64,000 bases of DNA from a bacterium (GCA_037131105.1 JBAXRQ010000001.1:66039-130038); one strand, 5' to 3'. Numbered from the stretch's first letter, positions 26,132-35,562 are shown. Notes: generated from the letters alone by a model not told the origin. Numbers and translations: made by a program.

Positions 26132-27268
26132 TCACTTGGTATATAAGTAAAAAAAGTCTTTTTCGTAGCCGTGTAGGTAGGCCTTGCCCCCGTCTGTTAG
26201 TCCTTTGACCAGCGGGGACCAGGTGTATCCGCCTCCTGTATAATCATACACCATGAACCTGACCCAGAAATCGTTGATGTCGAGCTGCATGGCATTCTGA
26301 CTACCGGCCAGGCGTAAGGCGTCAGCGAGGGAAGTCGGGGTGAGCGAAGGCCCGACTGCATAGACCAGATCTCCGTCTGCCGTCACCCCTAGTCCAGACC
26401 TCCAAGTGACATAGCCTCCGGCCGCCGTGCCGGCCCAGAGGTCTATGCCGTGGGAGGTATTCTGGGCAGTCTTACCGTTAATGACCAAGAGGGGGCCGTT
26501 CTGGCGGGCGGCAATGACGTCAGAAGGTAGAGGAGTGCCTTCATAGGTAGTCAACTCGGTATGACCGTCGGCATATATGAGAAAGATGCTCAGGCCCTTC
26601 CGGAAGGGAACGTAGGTAGTGCCATCGGCGTACATGCCGTAGTGCCCGTCCTTCCCCTGGAATCCTCCGTTAAAGGCGGCGATGAGTCGGCCGCTATCTT
26701 GTATTGCCTGGGGGACCTTGCCCGGACCGGGTGCTCCGCCGGGGTACTTGGTGCCGGCCACCTCGTTGATACCTACCAGCTTCGAGGGGATCTCAACCAG
26801 ATTGACCACCGCAAACGGCCGCTCCTGATCGGTACGGATAAAGGTGGTAAACAACGGCGTCCCGGCAATGCCGCGCCAGACCCCTTCCCCGGCCAGCGGA
26901 TGGGTGATGTCAATAATGGGCGTGATAGGTGTCGGGGGTGGATTCGGGTCGGGAGTAGAGGCGGCCAGTGGCTCAGTAGTGGGGACCGGAACGGTCTTCA
27001 CGTCTACGGCATAAGCGGTAGTATCAGGGAGGTGGCCTAAGTGACGCTTGATCCTGTCCTGTAGTCCAAAGACGGCCCCCTCAAGGGAAATTACCGCCTT
27101 GTCACCGATGAGGGGTCGCAGAACGTTATCGGTGAAGGTGGCCGCTCCGGCCGGATTTTTGGAGAGATACAGCAGTCCGCCGCCCGAGACCATAATAAAA
27201 AAGACCAGGATGCCGCCGGTGGTATAAGCGGTAAGCCGCCAGGTGCGGGGAGATATGCGCATGACCAA
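26132..27268 (-). CDS. phosphodiester glycosidase-family (DUF2233-like) exported protein
   Basis: N-terminal TM anchor; AAFNGGFQGKDG...VINGK resembles the NAGPA-like domain. Confidence 0.45.
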   Translation of the reverse strand: MVMRISPRTWRLTAYTTGGILVFFIMVSGGGLLYLSKNPAGAATFTDNVLRPLIGDKAVISLEGAVFGLQDRIKRHLGHLPDTTAYAVDVKTVPVPTTEPLAASTPDPNPPPTPITPIIDITHPLAGEGVWRGIAGTPLFTTFIRTDQERPFAVVNLVEIPSKLVGINEVAGTKYPGGAPGPGKVPQAIQDSGRLIAAFNGGFQGKDGHYGMYADGTTYVPFRKGLSIFLIYADGHTELTTYEGTPLPSDVIAARQNGPLLVINGKTAQNTSHGIDLWAGTAAGGYVTWRSGLGVTADGDLVYAVGPSLTPTSLADALRLAGSQNAMQLDINDFWVRFMVYDYTGGGYTWSPLVKGLTDGGKAYLHGYEKDFFYLYTK

Positions 27269-27279
27269 ACTATACAGGT

Positions 27280-28233
27280 TTGGTCACCGGCTTGTATACT
27301 TGGGGCATGTCAAAACCCAGAAAAAAGCGGATACGCTGGATACGGGTCTTTACCCTACTGTGTGTAGTGGTTTTGGTGGCGGGCGCCGGGACGTATTGGT
27401 ACGGGAGAAAGGGCGGGGAGCCCGTCGTGGTGTTGGCGACTCCGACTCCGACTGCCCTTGTGACAGCTGATGCTGTGGCCACACCTTCGTCCACTCCGAC
27501 GCTTGCAGCTTCAGCTACTCCGTTTGCGGTCCAAATTTCTGTGGTCAAGATCGCATTGCAAAAAGCGATCTCCGCCCATCCTGAGCTTATAGTTGGCGCC
27601 AGTTTTATTGACCTGAATACCGGCACCCGTACCGATGTGAACGGCGACCGGGTCTTCACGGCGGCCAGTACCACTAAAGCCCTCATCGCCTGCCTGGTGC
27701 TTTCCCAGGTGGAGGCGGGGAAACATAGTCTGAGTGATCCGCTGGATGGGGGCACGGTGAAGTCACATCTGCAGCGTATGATAAACCAGAGCAACAATGA
27801 CTCCTGGATGGATTTGATGCAGTTCATTGGCTACTCCTACCAGATTCCCTACGCCAAGAGTATCGGCATTACTACCTATGACTTTCAGAATAACCGGATC
27901 TCGCCCAATGACGACGCCCTCCTGCTTTCGAAGTTGTATGCCGGCAAGCTGCTAAACCAGGCCGATACGGCCTTGTTGCTTTCCTATATGCATGACACCA
28001 ACTTCGACTATCTGATCCCGCCGGCCGTGCCAAAGGGGGTGAAGGTGTTTCACAAGTACGGGGACTATGAGGACGGGCTCCATGATACGGCTATCATCGA
28101 CGACGGGAAGAATCCCTTCGTACTTACGATCTATACCAACAGCACCAGCGGCGGCCTGGGGTATGAGGTCCGCTACCCGGCCTTTCAAGAGATTACCAAG
28201 GCGGTGGAGGAGGCGATGAATGTGCAGCTTTAG
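27280..28233 (+). CDS. class A beta-lactamase-like serine hydrolase, membrane-anchored
   Basis: FTAASTTK (SxxK), SNND (SDN-like), HKYGD (KTG-like) triad positions; Thr/Pro linker after TM. Confidence 0.6.
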   Translation: MVTGLYTWGMSKPRKKRIRWIRVFTLLCVVVLVAGAGTYWYGRKGGEPVVVLATPTPTALVTADAVATPSSTPTLAASATPFAVQISVVKIALQKAISAHPELIVGASFIDLNTGTRTDVNGDRVFTAASTTKALIACLVLSQVEAGKHSLSDPLDGGTVKSHLQRMINQSNNDSWMDLMQFIGYSYQIPYAKSIGITTYDFQNNRISPNDDALLLSKLYAGKLLNQADTALLLSYMHDTNFDYLIPPAVPKGVKVFHKYGDYEDGLHDTAIIDDGKNPFVLTIYTNSTSGGLGYEVRYPAFQEITKAVEEAMNVQL

Positions 28234-28303
28234 CTCAGCGCTCATGGTCGCCTAGGAACACAATGTGCTGTGCTTCTAGGCAAGATGGGGGCTGCGATGA
28301 AGG

Positions 28304-28570
28304 CTATAATGTGCCATCTGGTCGTTCCTTTGCTACCGGTACCTTGAATCCGGTGATCCTATCGTTCTCAACTCTGACTTCGGCGCCGCAGACATTGCAC
28401 CACAGCGTAACGGTACCCCTGCTGAGATCATCTGCGATCTCGATAGGGAGCGGTAGCTCGGTTTTCTTTGCCTGACACTCTGGATTAGGGCAGAGCACCA
28501 CCGACTTGTCGCCAATGTAGCTCCACATATCCTGTGGCGCTTCCGTATCTACTTCCGACATGGTCATCAC
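28304..28570 (-). CDS. small zinc-ribbon protein (88 aa)
   Basis: CPNPEC...CNVCG; AGGAGG SD 5 nt upstream of the ATG. Confidence 0.5.
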   Translation of the reverse strand: MMTMSEVDTEAPQDMWSYIGDKSVVLCPNPECQAKKTELPLPIEIADDLSRGTVTLWCNVCGAEVRVENDRITGFKVPVAKERPDGTL

Positions 28571-28722
28571 CTCCTTTGCGTATCCGCCTTTACCATATGG
28601 GAAAGACGGGAAATGTCAATGACAACGAGGTAGTTGGCGGATGGTTGACGTCTGCGGGGTAATTCTATAGGGTGTGGGGTACCGCGACAGTATGCGGAAA
28701 TGCGAGAGAAGGGGGCGGGGTA

Positions 28723-29157
28723 ATGAATTTCATATACGTGTTGTCGACCCATGGGACGGTGCTGTGCGTGGACTGCGCTACTAAGCCGAAGTCAAATGGG
28801 TCAGTAATCGTCACAAGACACGCCGGGATATACGGTTATTGTGATTATATCGTCGGAGGGGAGCTTACCGATGGCGAGTCCATCGGTATCAGCGAGCCAC
28901 GTGGCATCGTTATCTATACCCCGGAGGCCGGTACGGTAAAACGTGACGGTCTCTGGGCACCTGTGTGGCACTCCGGGATTCCAGCTGAGCATACCGCCCC
29001 TATTGTCGGGTTGTTTCCCAGTCCTAATGGGCTAGGCGATATCTCTGCTTGTCGAGATCTCTTGTCATGGGATCCTCGCTGGGCTGAGCAGAGCTTCGAC
29101 CTTTTGGCTGAGATGCGTCAACTGGAGGGTGTTATATTTCTGCCTGCCTGGGTGTGA
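28723..29157 (+). CDS. hypothetical protein (about 144 aa)
   Basis: start at M18 preceded by a G-rich SD; no domain recognised. Confidence 0.35.
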   Translation: MNFIYVLSTHGTVLCVDCATKPKSNGSVIVTRHAGIYGYCDYIVGGELTDGESIGISEPRGIVIYTPEAGTVKRDGLWAPVWHSGIPAEHTAPIVGLFPSPNGLGDISACRDLLSWDPRWAEQSFDLLAEMRQLEGVIFLPAWV

Positions 29158-29168
29158 AGCCAGTGATC

Positions 29169-29912
29169 TTACAAGCCTCCTTGTCCCGTGCCACTAGTTG
29201 GCGCGGGACATTGTGCTATATAGATGCTTTTCTGTTCTGTAGATACTCCAGCAGGCCGTGGTGGAGATGCTGCTTTCCGTCCCAGACTACCTTGCCCAAG
29301 GTTACTGGGCGATGGCGTTGGTGAAGTCACGTATAGTAAGTGCCTGGCAGTATAGGTGCTTAGTGTGTCGACATTGGCGACGGTGACGCCGGCGGTCTGG
29401 CCGGGGAGGGTGATCTTTAGGCTCTTGATGGGCTTGCAGACGCCGCTGGTGAAGGTGGCGGGATTGGGGAAGCCGACGCTGGTATAGACGCTCCTGGCAG
29501 GAGCGACGGTAAGGTGAGTAGTTGAATCAGGGGTGGGGGCAGTGGTGCCGACGACAGTGCCACTAGCGTTCAGCGCGGCGATTGTGGGGGGATCGGTGGT
29601 GACTGTGCAGTCGACAGTGCCCTTATTGGTAAGGGTGAGATTGTAATAACTGGTGCCCGCAGTTCCCCCACCTACCTGGGCGGTAAGAGTGGCGGTGAGA
29701 TTGGCGGGAAGACAGGCAGCTACAGTGGGGGTCGAGGGGCTGGGCGTGGCTGCGGCGGGTGGGGTGGGCGTTCCTATCTGCTTCTGTAGAGCGGTAATCT
29801 GGTTCTGTAGGTCAGCCTGTTTGATATCAGTTTGGTGCTTCAGATAGAGAAAGGAGATGCCGCCAGCAACTAGAGCAGTAAGGACGATGGTGGTGACGAT
29901 GCTAGGAAACAT
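29169..29912 (-). CDS. signal-anchored hypothetical protein (DUF4232-like)
   Basis: N-terminal TM, Pro/Thr linker, Cys-flanked beta-rich domain. Confidence 0.45.
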   Translation of the reverse strand: MFPSIVTTIVLTALVAGGISFLYLKHQTDIKQADLQNQITALQKQIGTPTPPAAATPSPSTPTVAACLPANLTATLTAQVGGGTAGTSYYNLTLTNKGTVDCTVTTDPPTIAALNASGTVVGTTAPTPDSTTHLTVAPARSVYTSVGFPNPATFTSGVCKPIKSLKITLPGQTAGVTVANVDTLSTYTARHLLYVTSPTPSPSNLGQGSLGRKAASPPRPAGVSTEQKSIYIAQCPAPTSGTGQGGL

Positions 29913-30102
29913 GCTCTTGGGAGGTATGGGGAATTATTACAGATACATTCGTAGTTGATTGAGGCCGGGAATCTCACAAACTCCCTCCGGTCGTTTCAAA
30001 GGGCCCCTCGGCCCTTTGCGCTCGCTTCGCTCGCTGAACCCGCCGCGGGAGAACTCCCGTTCTCCCGACCCCTCTCCCGTTCGAATCCCGACTCTCGACC
30101 AA

Positions 30103-30136
30103 ACAAAAAAGACCGTCCTAAGGACTGTCTTTTTTG
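30103..30136. terminator. terminator hairpin after tRNA-Ser(GCT)
   Basis: aaaaaagaccgtcc-taa-ggactgtctttttt. Confidence 0.7.
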
Positions 30137-30138
30137 TT

Positions 30139-30229
30139 CTGGCGGAGAGGCCGGGATTCGAACCCGGGAAACCCTTTTGGAGTTTAACTCGTTAGCAGTG
30201 AGCCGCTTTCGACCACTCAGCCACCTCTC
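30139..30229 (-). tRNA. tRNA-Ser (anticodon GCT), type II, CCA encoded
   Basis: manual cloverleaf; 3-bp D-stem, long variable arm, anticodon loop CTGCTAA; close to E. coli tRNA-Ser(GCU). Confidence 0.85.
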
Positions 30230-30287
30230 CACGTCCTCCAAGGTATCATAAACCAGATACCAGGACAAGCTGAGATAATCTGGGAAC

Positions 30288-30806
30288 CTAGATACGGAAG
30301 TAGCGGCTGATGGCGTCTGCGGTGGTTTGCTTGCGGGGTTCCACCTCGGCCATGACGCCATGTAGGATCTGACGGGCCTCTTCCTCGTTGTCATTGGCGT
30401 ACAGGAAGCAGACCGGGTAGGTGGCCGCCTTGGAGGGCTCTATGTTGACGAGTAGCTGGCCAAGATCCTCCTGCAACCAGAATCCGGCAAGGGTGCCGAG
30501 AGGATATTCGTGCTTTCCGACCACTAGGCGAGTTGTGGTGAGGGCGATCTCCAGGGAGGGATGTACGCGACGACGCTGGGTGACTAGGAAAATACCGGCG
30601 GCCACAGCGGCTACGGCAGCCATATAAAAGGTAATGTCCTGCTGGAAGTAGCCCAGAAGAAGCATGAGGACGGTCACGACTGAGGCCCCGGCAAAGACCT
30701 GGAGTGTGAACTGCTGCTGGTTTGGCGGCGTGACGCGGGTAGGCTCAGTCCACTGGGCGACGAGCTCCTCGGGTTGTGCCGGCGCGGCGGGCGCTTTTGG
30801 ATCCAT
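30288..30806 (-). CDS. hypothetical membrane protein (2 TM)
   Basis: hydrophobic profile. Confidence 0.45.
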   Translation of the reverse strand: MDPKAPAAPAQPEELVAQWTEPTRVTPPNQQQFTLQVFAGASVVTVLMLLLGYFQQDITFYMAAVAAVAAGIFLVTQRRRVHPSLEIALTTTRLVVGKHEYPLGTLAGFWLQEDLGQLLVNIEPSKAATYPVCFLYANDNEEEARQILHGVMAEVEPRKQTTADAISRYFRI

Positions 30807-30858
30807 GGTCCTCCTTTGTAATAGCTATACCCATACTATGCCAGGGAAGGGGTTGTGT

Positions 30859-32037
30859 CTAGCCGAGCAAGAAGAAGTCGTCCTGGGTATGTGTGGTGAC
30901 GACTGGGCCTTTTTCGGGATCCATATAGACGTTGAGCTCTAGTCTGACCCCAAAGTCCTTGGTGTAGATGCCGGGCTCTACGGTGAGGCCGATGCCGGGG
31001 ATGATAACGCGGGTGTCATGGGCGGAAATGTCGTTGAGGCCGACGCCAGGGGCATGCACGGAGTCGCCGGGGCCGATGGGATGGCCTGTGCTGTGGATGA
31101 ACTGGTCGCCGTAGCCTTGGCTTGTGATGTAGTCGCGGGCGATCCTGTCCAGCTCCCAGCCCTGGAGGGTCTCTTTCTTGGTCCAGGTTTCAGTGAGTCG
31201 TTCGACTACCAGTTTCTGGGCGGTACGGACGGCGTCAAAGACCTTTCTGGCTTCAGGAGGGACGGTGGTTCCGGCGAAGCCCATTACGGTAATGTCTGCG
31301 AAGGTGCCGTCAGCACCTTCGGGCTTGGCCCAGAGGTCGATGAGGACGATGTCGCCTTTTTGGACGGGGCTGTGGTGCTCTTTGGTGGGTTCGTAGTGGG
31401 GGAATCTGCCGTTTTTGCCGGCTGCGACGATGGCAGGCCCGTCCTGGATTAGCTTGTGACGGTCCATCTCGGCAATGATCAGCTGCTGGACGGTGTATTC
31501 GTCGATGGGCTTATCCCCGCGCAAGGAAGTGCTGATGAGGTCGAAGGCCTTGGCGTTGATTTCTTCGAGGGCGCGGGCGGCTTGGTGATGGGAGGCAAGA
31601 TTGGCGGGGGTCCAGGTGGGGGCGGTGGCTTGCAGAAGATCGGCAGAAGTGACGATCTCCGGGCCGAAGCTGCGGACCAACTCAAGGGTGCCAGCGTCTA
31701 CGAATGAAACGCTGGGTAGGTCGCTGTTTGGAGAGTATTCCATGGCCACCTTCTTGTGCGGAGTAAGGTTTTTCTCAAGCCAAGCGCGAATGTCTTGGTG
31801 GCTGACGAAGCTGTCAACGACGATGTCAGAGTCCTTGTGGTTAAGGATCTCAAGGGTGTGGACCAGCAGGCGGGGCTGGCCGTTAGCAGGGATGATGAGG
31901 AAGGTTCGCCCAGTGTCGTGGCTCTGCTGGGTAATGAACTTGGAGAGGGTGGGATTGCTGCCGCAGTAGTCATGAATAAGCCAGGCGTCGAGGCCGAGGG
32001 AGGAGAGGGCGGTTTGGGCGGCGGGGATGGAGATCAT
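30859..32037 (-). CDS. M24-family metallopeptidase (Xaa-Pro aminopeptidase/prolidase-like)
   Basis: HSTGHPIGPGDSVHAPG and GLTVEPGIY pita-bread motifs. Confidence 0.85.
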   Translation of the reverse strand: MISIPAAQTALSSLGLDAWLIHDYCGSNPTLSKFITQQSHDTGRTFLIIPANGQPRLLVHTLEILNHKDSDIVVDSFVSHQDIRAWLEKNLTPHKKVAMEYSPNSDLPSVSFVDAGTLELVRSFGPEIVTSADLLQATAPTWTPANLASHHQAARALEEINAKAFDLISTSLRGDKPIDEYTVQQLIIAEMDRHKLIQDGPAIVAAGKNGRFPHYEPTKEHHSPVQKGDIVLIDLWAKPEGADGTFADITVMGFAGTTVPPEARKVFDAVRTAQKLVVERLTETWTKKETLQGWELDRIARDYITSQGYGDQFIHSTGHPIGPGDSVHAPGVGLNDISAHDTRVIIPGIGLTVEPGIYTKDFGVRLELNVYMDPEKGPVVTTHTQDDFFLLG

Positions 32038-32105
32038 AAGGATATGGTAGCAGGAGTTTAACGTAAAGGAATTCGCCCTTCGGACTTGCTGCTAGAGCAA
32101 AGGTT

Positions 32106-32165
32106 GTCCTCGCTGCGCGCTAACAGCGCGGAGGTTTCCGCTCGGACACTAGCCGGTCCTCCCGG
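32106..32165 (-). repeat. conserved roughly 60-nt element, copy A (also at 45814-45875)
   Basis: CCGGGAGGxCCGGCTAGxGTCCGAGCGGAAACCTCCGC-[hairpin]-GCAGCGAGGAC; internal hairpin differs between copies but keeps pairing. Confidence 0.6.
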
Positions 32166-32202
32166 ATCGGCGTCGCCTGGTTTCGATCCTTTACCCTCCG
32201 CC

Positions 32203-32239
32203 AAATGAAAAAGTACCACTTAGTGGTACTTTTTCATTT
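32203..32239. terminator. perfect hairpin after tRNA-Ser(TGA), core of a longer imperfect IR (32178-32264)
   Basis: aaatgaaaaagtaccac-ttag-gtggtactttttcattt. Confidence 0.75.
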
Positions 32240-32323
32240 GGCGGAGGGTAAAGGAATCGAACCTTCAACATTGCTGTTGGTCCGGTTTTCAAGACCGGTT
32301 ACGAGCCACTCGTACTACCCTCC
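32239..32323 (-). tRNA. tRNA-Ser (anticodon TGA), type II, CCA encoded
   Basis: manual cloverleaf; anticodon stem CCGGT/ACCGG, loop CTTGAAA, variable arm CAACA-GCAA-TGTTG. Confidence 0.85.
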
Positions 32324-32361
32324 ACGTGCCGTCCCAGTCCCAGCACTATACCAATTCCAGG

Positions 32362-33942
32362 TTATCTCGTCAAAAGCAGATTGCCGCCTACCATTCCGTT
32401 GAAGCTGAAGTCCGATGCTTCCAGGTGTTCGTGGTCCTGGCCGGACTGCTTCAGATACATAAGGGCGTCGTGAAAACCGGGTTGGTCAGGCAGGTCGTAG
32501 CTGATGGTGGCCGGGAGGCTGACGCTAATGCGCTGCCAGGAGGGCTGGCTGTCCAGCTTGTAAGCCTGGCTTATGGCAAGGTTGCTGGCCTGAACCGGCA
32601 GATAGACATCCAGGGATCCGGAGCCACCACTCAGCGTTACGGTCTGCCTCAGGCTATGACCAAAGAGCGTGCCGGCCTGACTGACCTGAGTAGTACGGGG
32701 ATCGGCAGTGGTACCTACGGTCTTCAGCCAGTTACCTTCCTTTGGGGCTTGGTCGGAGTCGGCGTGGGCAGCTATGACAGACTCAAGATCGGACAGTCGA
32801 GCCCAGAGCTGTAGGGTCTTGTTCTGGTTAGCTTCGGCCAGGACCAGTGCGAGACGGCTGGCGGCTTCAGGAAGGCGGCTCAGCTTGTCTACTAGTCCAG
32901 GGAGCAGAGCGGCCAGGGACGGGGTGGCCAACAGCTGGGGTTTCCCTGAAATGACGCTGACTGTAGGATTTTCGGTCCGACCGGTAGTAATGGGTCCGCT
33001 GAGACCTAGGAGCTTGTCCATGAACGGCGCGTCCAGGAGGACGATGCCGTCGACAGATGTTCCTAGGCTGCTGGAATACGCGTTGGCCAGCTGGGGAGAC
33101 GACTCGGCAAACAGGCCGGGGTAGGTTTTGCTAAAGGCCAGCGGGATCTGGTCAGAATAGGTGAGGCCGGTAATGGCGCCGCCCTTTCCGTTAATCAGGA
33201 CGTAGTTTACTATCTGGCTGCCGAAATCCTGAAGGTGGGCGGGATATTGGAAACCGACTAGTATGGTGTGGGTGTTGGTGTCCTTGCTGCCAAGAGCTAC
33301 TGGAAGCTGGTCGCTGACCCCGCGGGCCACCTGGAGATTGCTGTCGGCTGCGGCCACATCGGCTTTCAATTGGCGGAGCTGGGCAGAATTTCCCAGTAGT
33401 ATCCAGTCGGGTATTCCCTGGAGCTGGTCGTTGGCTTCATCGAGATTGGACTGCAGGTCAGCTAGCTCCTGGGCATGACTGGCATACCAGTGCAGATAGG
33501 CGGAGCTGCTGTCGCGCAGAAGCGGTGAAAGCTCCTCGGGCTGTGCCGGAGTAAGCACGGGGAAGCTGGCGACCAGCTGGCTGGCTTGGCCACCGGCGAC
33601 GGCAAGCGCGTGACTTCCCTTCAGAAGTCGTACCTCCCAGCGGAAGGGGGGAATAGTGGCTACCAGCTTTACCAGGAAGGGAAGTCCTTGGAGACGCTGG
33701 AAGCCCTGCTCAAGATCAGCGGCAGCTGAGTTGAACGACTGGGTGGCGTCTGTGGGATGAGAAAGGAGCTGGCTTTGGCCCACCTGGAGTTCGGTGAGCC
33801 CCTGGCGGGAGGACGGCAGTGAGAGAGTGACGAGGATGACTAATGATGCAACTAGATAAACTGCCCCCAGGAAAGCCAGAAGCCTGAATACGAGCGGAGC
33901 GTGACGCCGTCTGTGTGCCATATACCCTTTAGTATATACCAC
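32362..33942 (-). CDS. signal-anchored extracytoplasmic hypothetical protein (DUF4012-like)
   Basis: N-terminal TM then about 480-aa soluble domain. Confidence 0.45.
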   Translation of the reverse strand: MVYTKGYMAHRRRHAPLVFRLLAFLGAVYLVASLVILVTLSLPSSRQGLTELQVGQSQLLSHPTDATQSFNSAAADLEQGFQRLQGLPFLVKLVATIPPFRWEVRLLKGSHALAVAGGQASQLVASFPVLTPAQPEELSPLLRDSSSAYLHWYASHAQELADLQSNLDEANDQLQGIPDWILLGNSAQLRQLKADVAAADSNLQVARGVSDQLPVALGSKDTNTHTILVGFQYPAHLQDFGSQIVNYVLINGKGGAITGLTYSDQIPLAFSKTYPGLFAESSPQLANAYSSSLGTSVDGIVLLDAPFMDKLLGLSGPITTGRTENPTVSVISGKPQLLATPSLAALLPGLVDKLSRLPEAASRLALVLAEANQNKTLQLWARLSDLESVIAAHADSDQAPKEGNWLKTVGTTADPRTTQVSQAGTLFGHSLRQTVTLSGGSGSLDVYLPVQASNLAISQAYKLDSQPSWQRISVSLPATISYDLPDQPGFHDALMYLKQSGQDHEHLEASDFSFNGMVGGNLLLTR

Positions 33943-33951
33943 TGAACTCGT

Positions 33952-34038
33952 TGGAAAACTCTGTTTCCAGCTGCAAACCGGTTTTTTCGCTGAAAAAAGA
34001 ATTTTCCAATGAGTTCATTGTATACTGGGTTTATGCCC
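33952..34038. promoter_or_regulatory. divergent intergenic region with 19-bp imperfect inverted repeat
   Basis: cactgaactcgttggaaaa ... ttttccaatgagttcattg flanking a 49-bp core. Confidence 0.4.
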
Positions 34039-34752
34039 TATCTTTCTATCATTATACCCGCCTACAACGAGTCGCACCGGCTGCCTGAGACCTTGGTGTT
34101 GCTAAAGGATTATTTGGCCAAGCAGTCGTATGACTACGAGGTGCTGGTGGTGGATGACGGTAGTACTGACGATACGGTGGAGCTGGCCGGTAAGGCTGCT
34201 AAACGTTTCCCCGGCCTGCGAGTCATTCGAAATGCTCAGAATAAGGGCAAGGGCGGCGTGGTCAAGCAGGGGATGCTGGAGGCAAAGGGCGAGCTCAGAC
34301 TGTTCATGGACGCTGATTACTCTACTCCGATTGACCAGATTGAGAAGCTGCTTCCCCAGACCAAGAAGTATGACGTTGTGATCGGCTCCCGTTATCTTGA
34401 GCCTGGCAGCATTAAAGTGAGGCAGCCCCTGAGACGGCGTATCATTTCTCGTACCTGCAATGTAGTGATCCAGGCCCTGATCTTACCTGGTATCAAGGAC
34501 ACCCAGTGCGGCTTTAAGTTGTTTTCGGCTGGGGCTACCGAGAAGATCTTTCCCAAGCTTACGATGAGCGGCTGGGCCTTTGATATCGAGCTGCTGGCCA
34601 TTGCCAAGCAGACTGGCAATCCTATTAAGGAAGTGGCTGTAGACTGGTTTGACTCCAAGTGGTCGAGCCTGCGCGCAACCAGAGGCATTGGCACCTTTCT
34701 TTCTGACCTGGCGACCATAGTCAGGCGCTACCGTAGCCAGGCATACCGCTAG
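34009..34752 (+). CDS. GT2 polyprenyl-phosphate sugar synthase (Dpm1-like)
   Basis: IIIPAYNE, VDDGSTD, DADxS motifs. Confidence 0.8.
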   Translation: MSSLYTGFMPYLSIIIPAYNESHRLPETLVLLKDYLAKQSYDYEVLVVDDGSTDDTVELAGKAAKRFPGLRVIRNAQNKGKGGVVKQGMLEAKGELRLFMDADYSTPIDQIEKLLPQTKKYDVVIGSRYLEPGSIKVRQPLRRRIISRTCNVVIQALILPGIKDTQCGFKLFSAGATEKIFPKLTMSGWAFDIELLAIAKQTGNPIKEVAVDWFDSKWSSLRATRGIGTFLSDLATIVRRYRSQAYR

Positions 34753-34760
34753 CCCCTGCT

Positions 34761-35294
34761 GTGCGAAGGCTTTTTCTCATACTCCTGATACCCGTCGCCC
34801 TGGCTGCTGCTTGGTGGCTGCGTCTGCCGGCTGAAAGCCAATTTGTCGCGGCCACTCCCACTTCCACACCGACGCTTTCCAATGACACAGCTTTGCTGCC
34901 CGATTCGGCCCGGGCGGTGCTGGCCAATTTCTATACCGCCTATGAGGAGCGTGACCGTGAACGGCTGGCTACTCTTTTTACCCCAGATATCGTGGCTGCG
35001 GACCAGCATGTGCATGAGGGGTTGTTTCCGATTCAAGCTCATGAGGGGTCACCTTTGTTTGCCTCGGTAACTACCGACCAGTCACCCAGTAGGTATGTGG
35101 TCCTTGATACGGTAGCTTCTGGAGACGGCTGGCTTCTTACTATCAGGGAATATCGGCATACAGGCGGAGGTCGTGAGGTCGGAACGGTGACCACTCAGAT
35201 GCTCCTGATGCCCTCTCAGCCTTCTCCGTGGGCGCTGGCCTCGTACTCCCATGTTGCTCGAGCTGGCAAGTATGATGGTTTTCTGCTTGAATAA
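34761..35294 (+). CDS. hypothetical secreted or anchored protein
   Basis: N-terminal hydrophobic segment. Confidence 0.4.
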   Translation: MRRLFLILLIPVALAAAWWLRLPAESQFVAATPTSTPTLSNDTALLPDSARAVLANFYTAYEERDRERLATLFTPDIVAADQHVHEGLFPIQAHEGSPLFASVTTDQSPSRYVVLDTVASGDGWLLTIREYRHTGGGREVGTVTTQMLLMPSQPSPWALASYSHVARAGKYDGFLLE

Positions 35295-35328
35295 GCCTAG
35301 ACGCTATCATATTTCCTCCTTCTTATAG

Positions 35329-35562
35329 ATGCTGCTAAGAAAACAGGCTACATTGGATCGTACCGAGGGCAAATTGGCAGTGCTCTCATTGGAAAACGGC
35401 CAGGAGCTACGCCTGCTTCGGAGTGAGTTGGGGGACGCAGAGGTAGGAGGGGGCTTCACCGTCCAGATTCTTCCTGAGGAAGAGGCGGGACTCGAGCGCG
35501 AATCACTGGCCCGGACTATTCTCAATCAGATCATCAACGATGACAGTCAAGCTGAAAACTGA
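35329..35562 (+). CDS. hypothetical small protein (77 aa)
   Basis: ORF overlaps the downstream start by 23 nt. Confidence 0.35.
   Translation: MLLRKQATLDRTEGKLAVLSLENGQELRLLRSELGDAEVGGGFTVQILPEEEAGLERESLARTILNQIINDDSQAEN

Noticed and set aside
29955-30394. ORFs 29955..30251 (+), 29959..30195 (+) and 29996..30394 (-)
   Set aside because: They overlap tRNA-Ser(GCT) and its inverted-repeat trailer. Their translations (e.g. …GRESGFERERGRENGSPA…) read as antisense of structured RNA.
32131-32207. 76-nt plus-strand stretch ending …CCTTTACCCTCCGCCA that could be read as a second tRNA
   Set aside because: Acceptor pairing fails (C2-C71), there is no 7-nt anticodon loop (CCGG-TCCTC-CCGG), and the T-stem does not pair. 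It is an inverted degenerate copy of the tRNA-Ser(TGA) 3' end.
35329-35562. Possibility that the 77-aa ORF is only the leader of the VanW gene
   Set aside because: This was not resolved. It overlaps the VanW start by 23 nt in another frame and has no domain. It is kept as a low-confidence CDS rather than a leader peptide.
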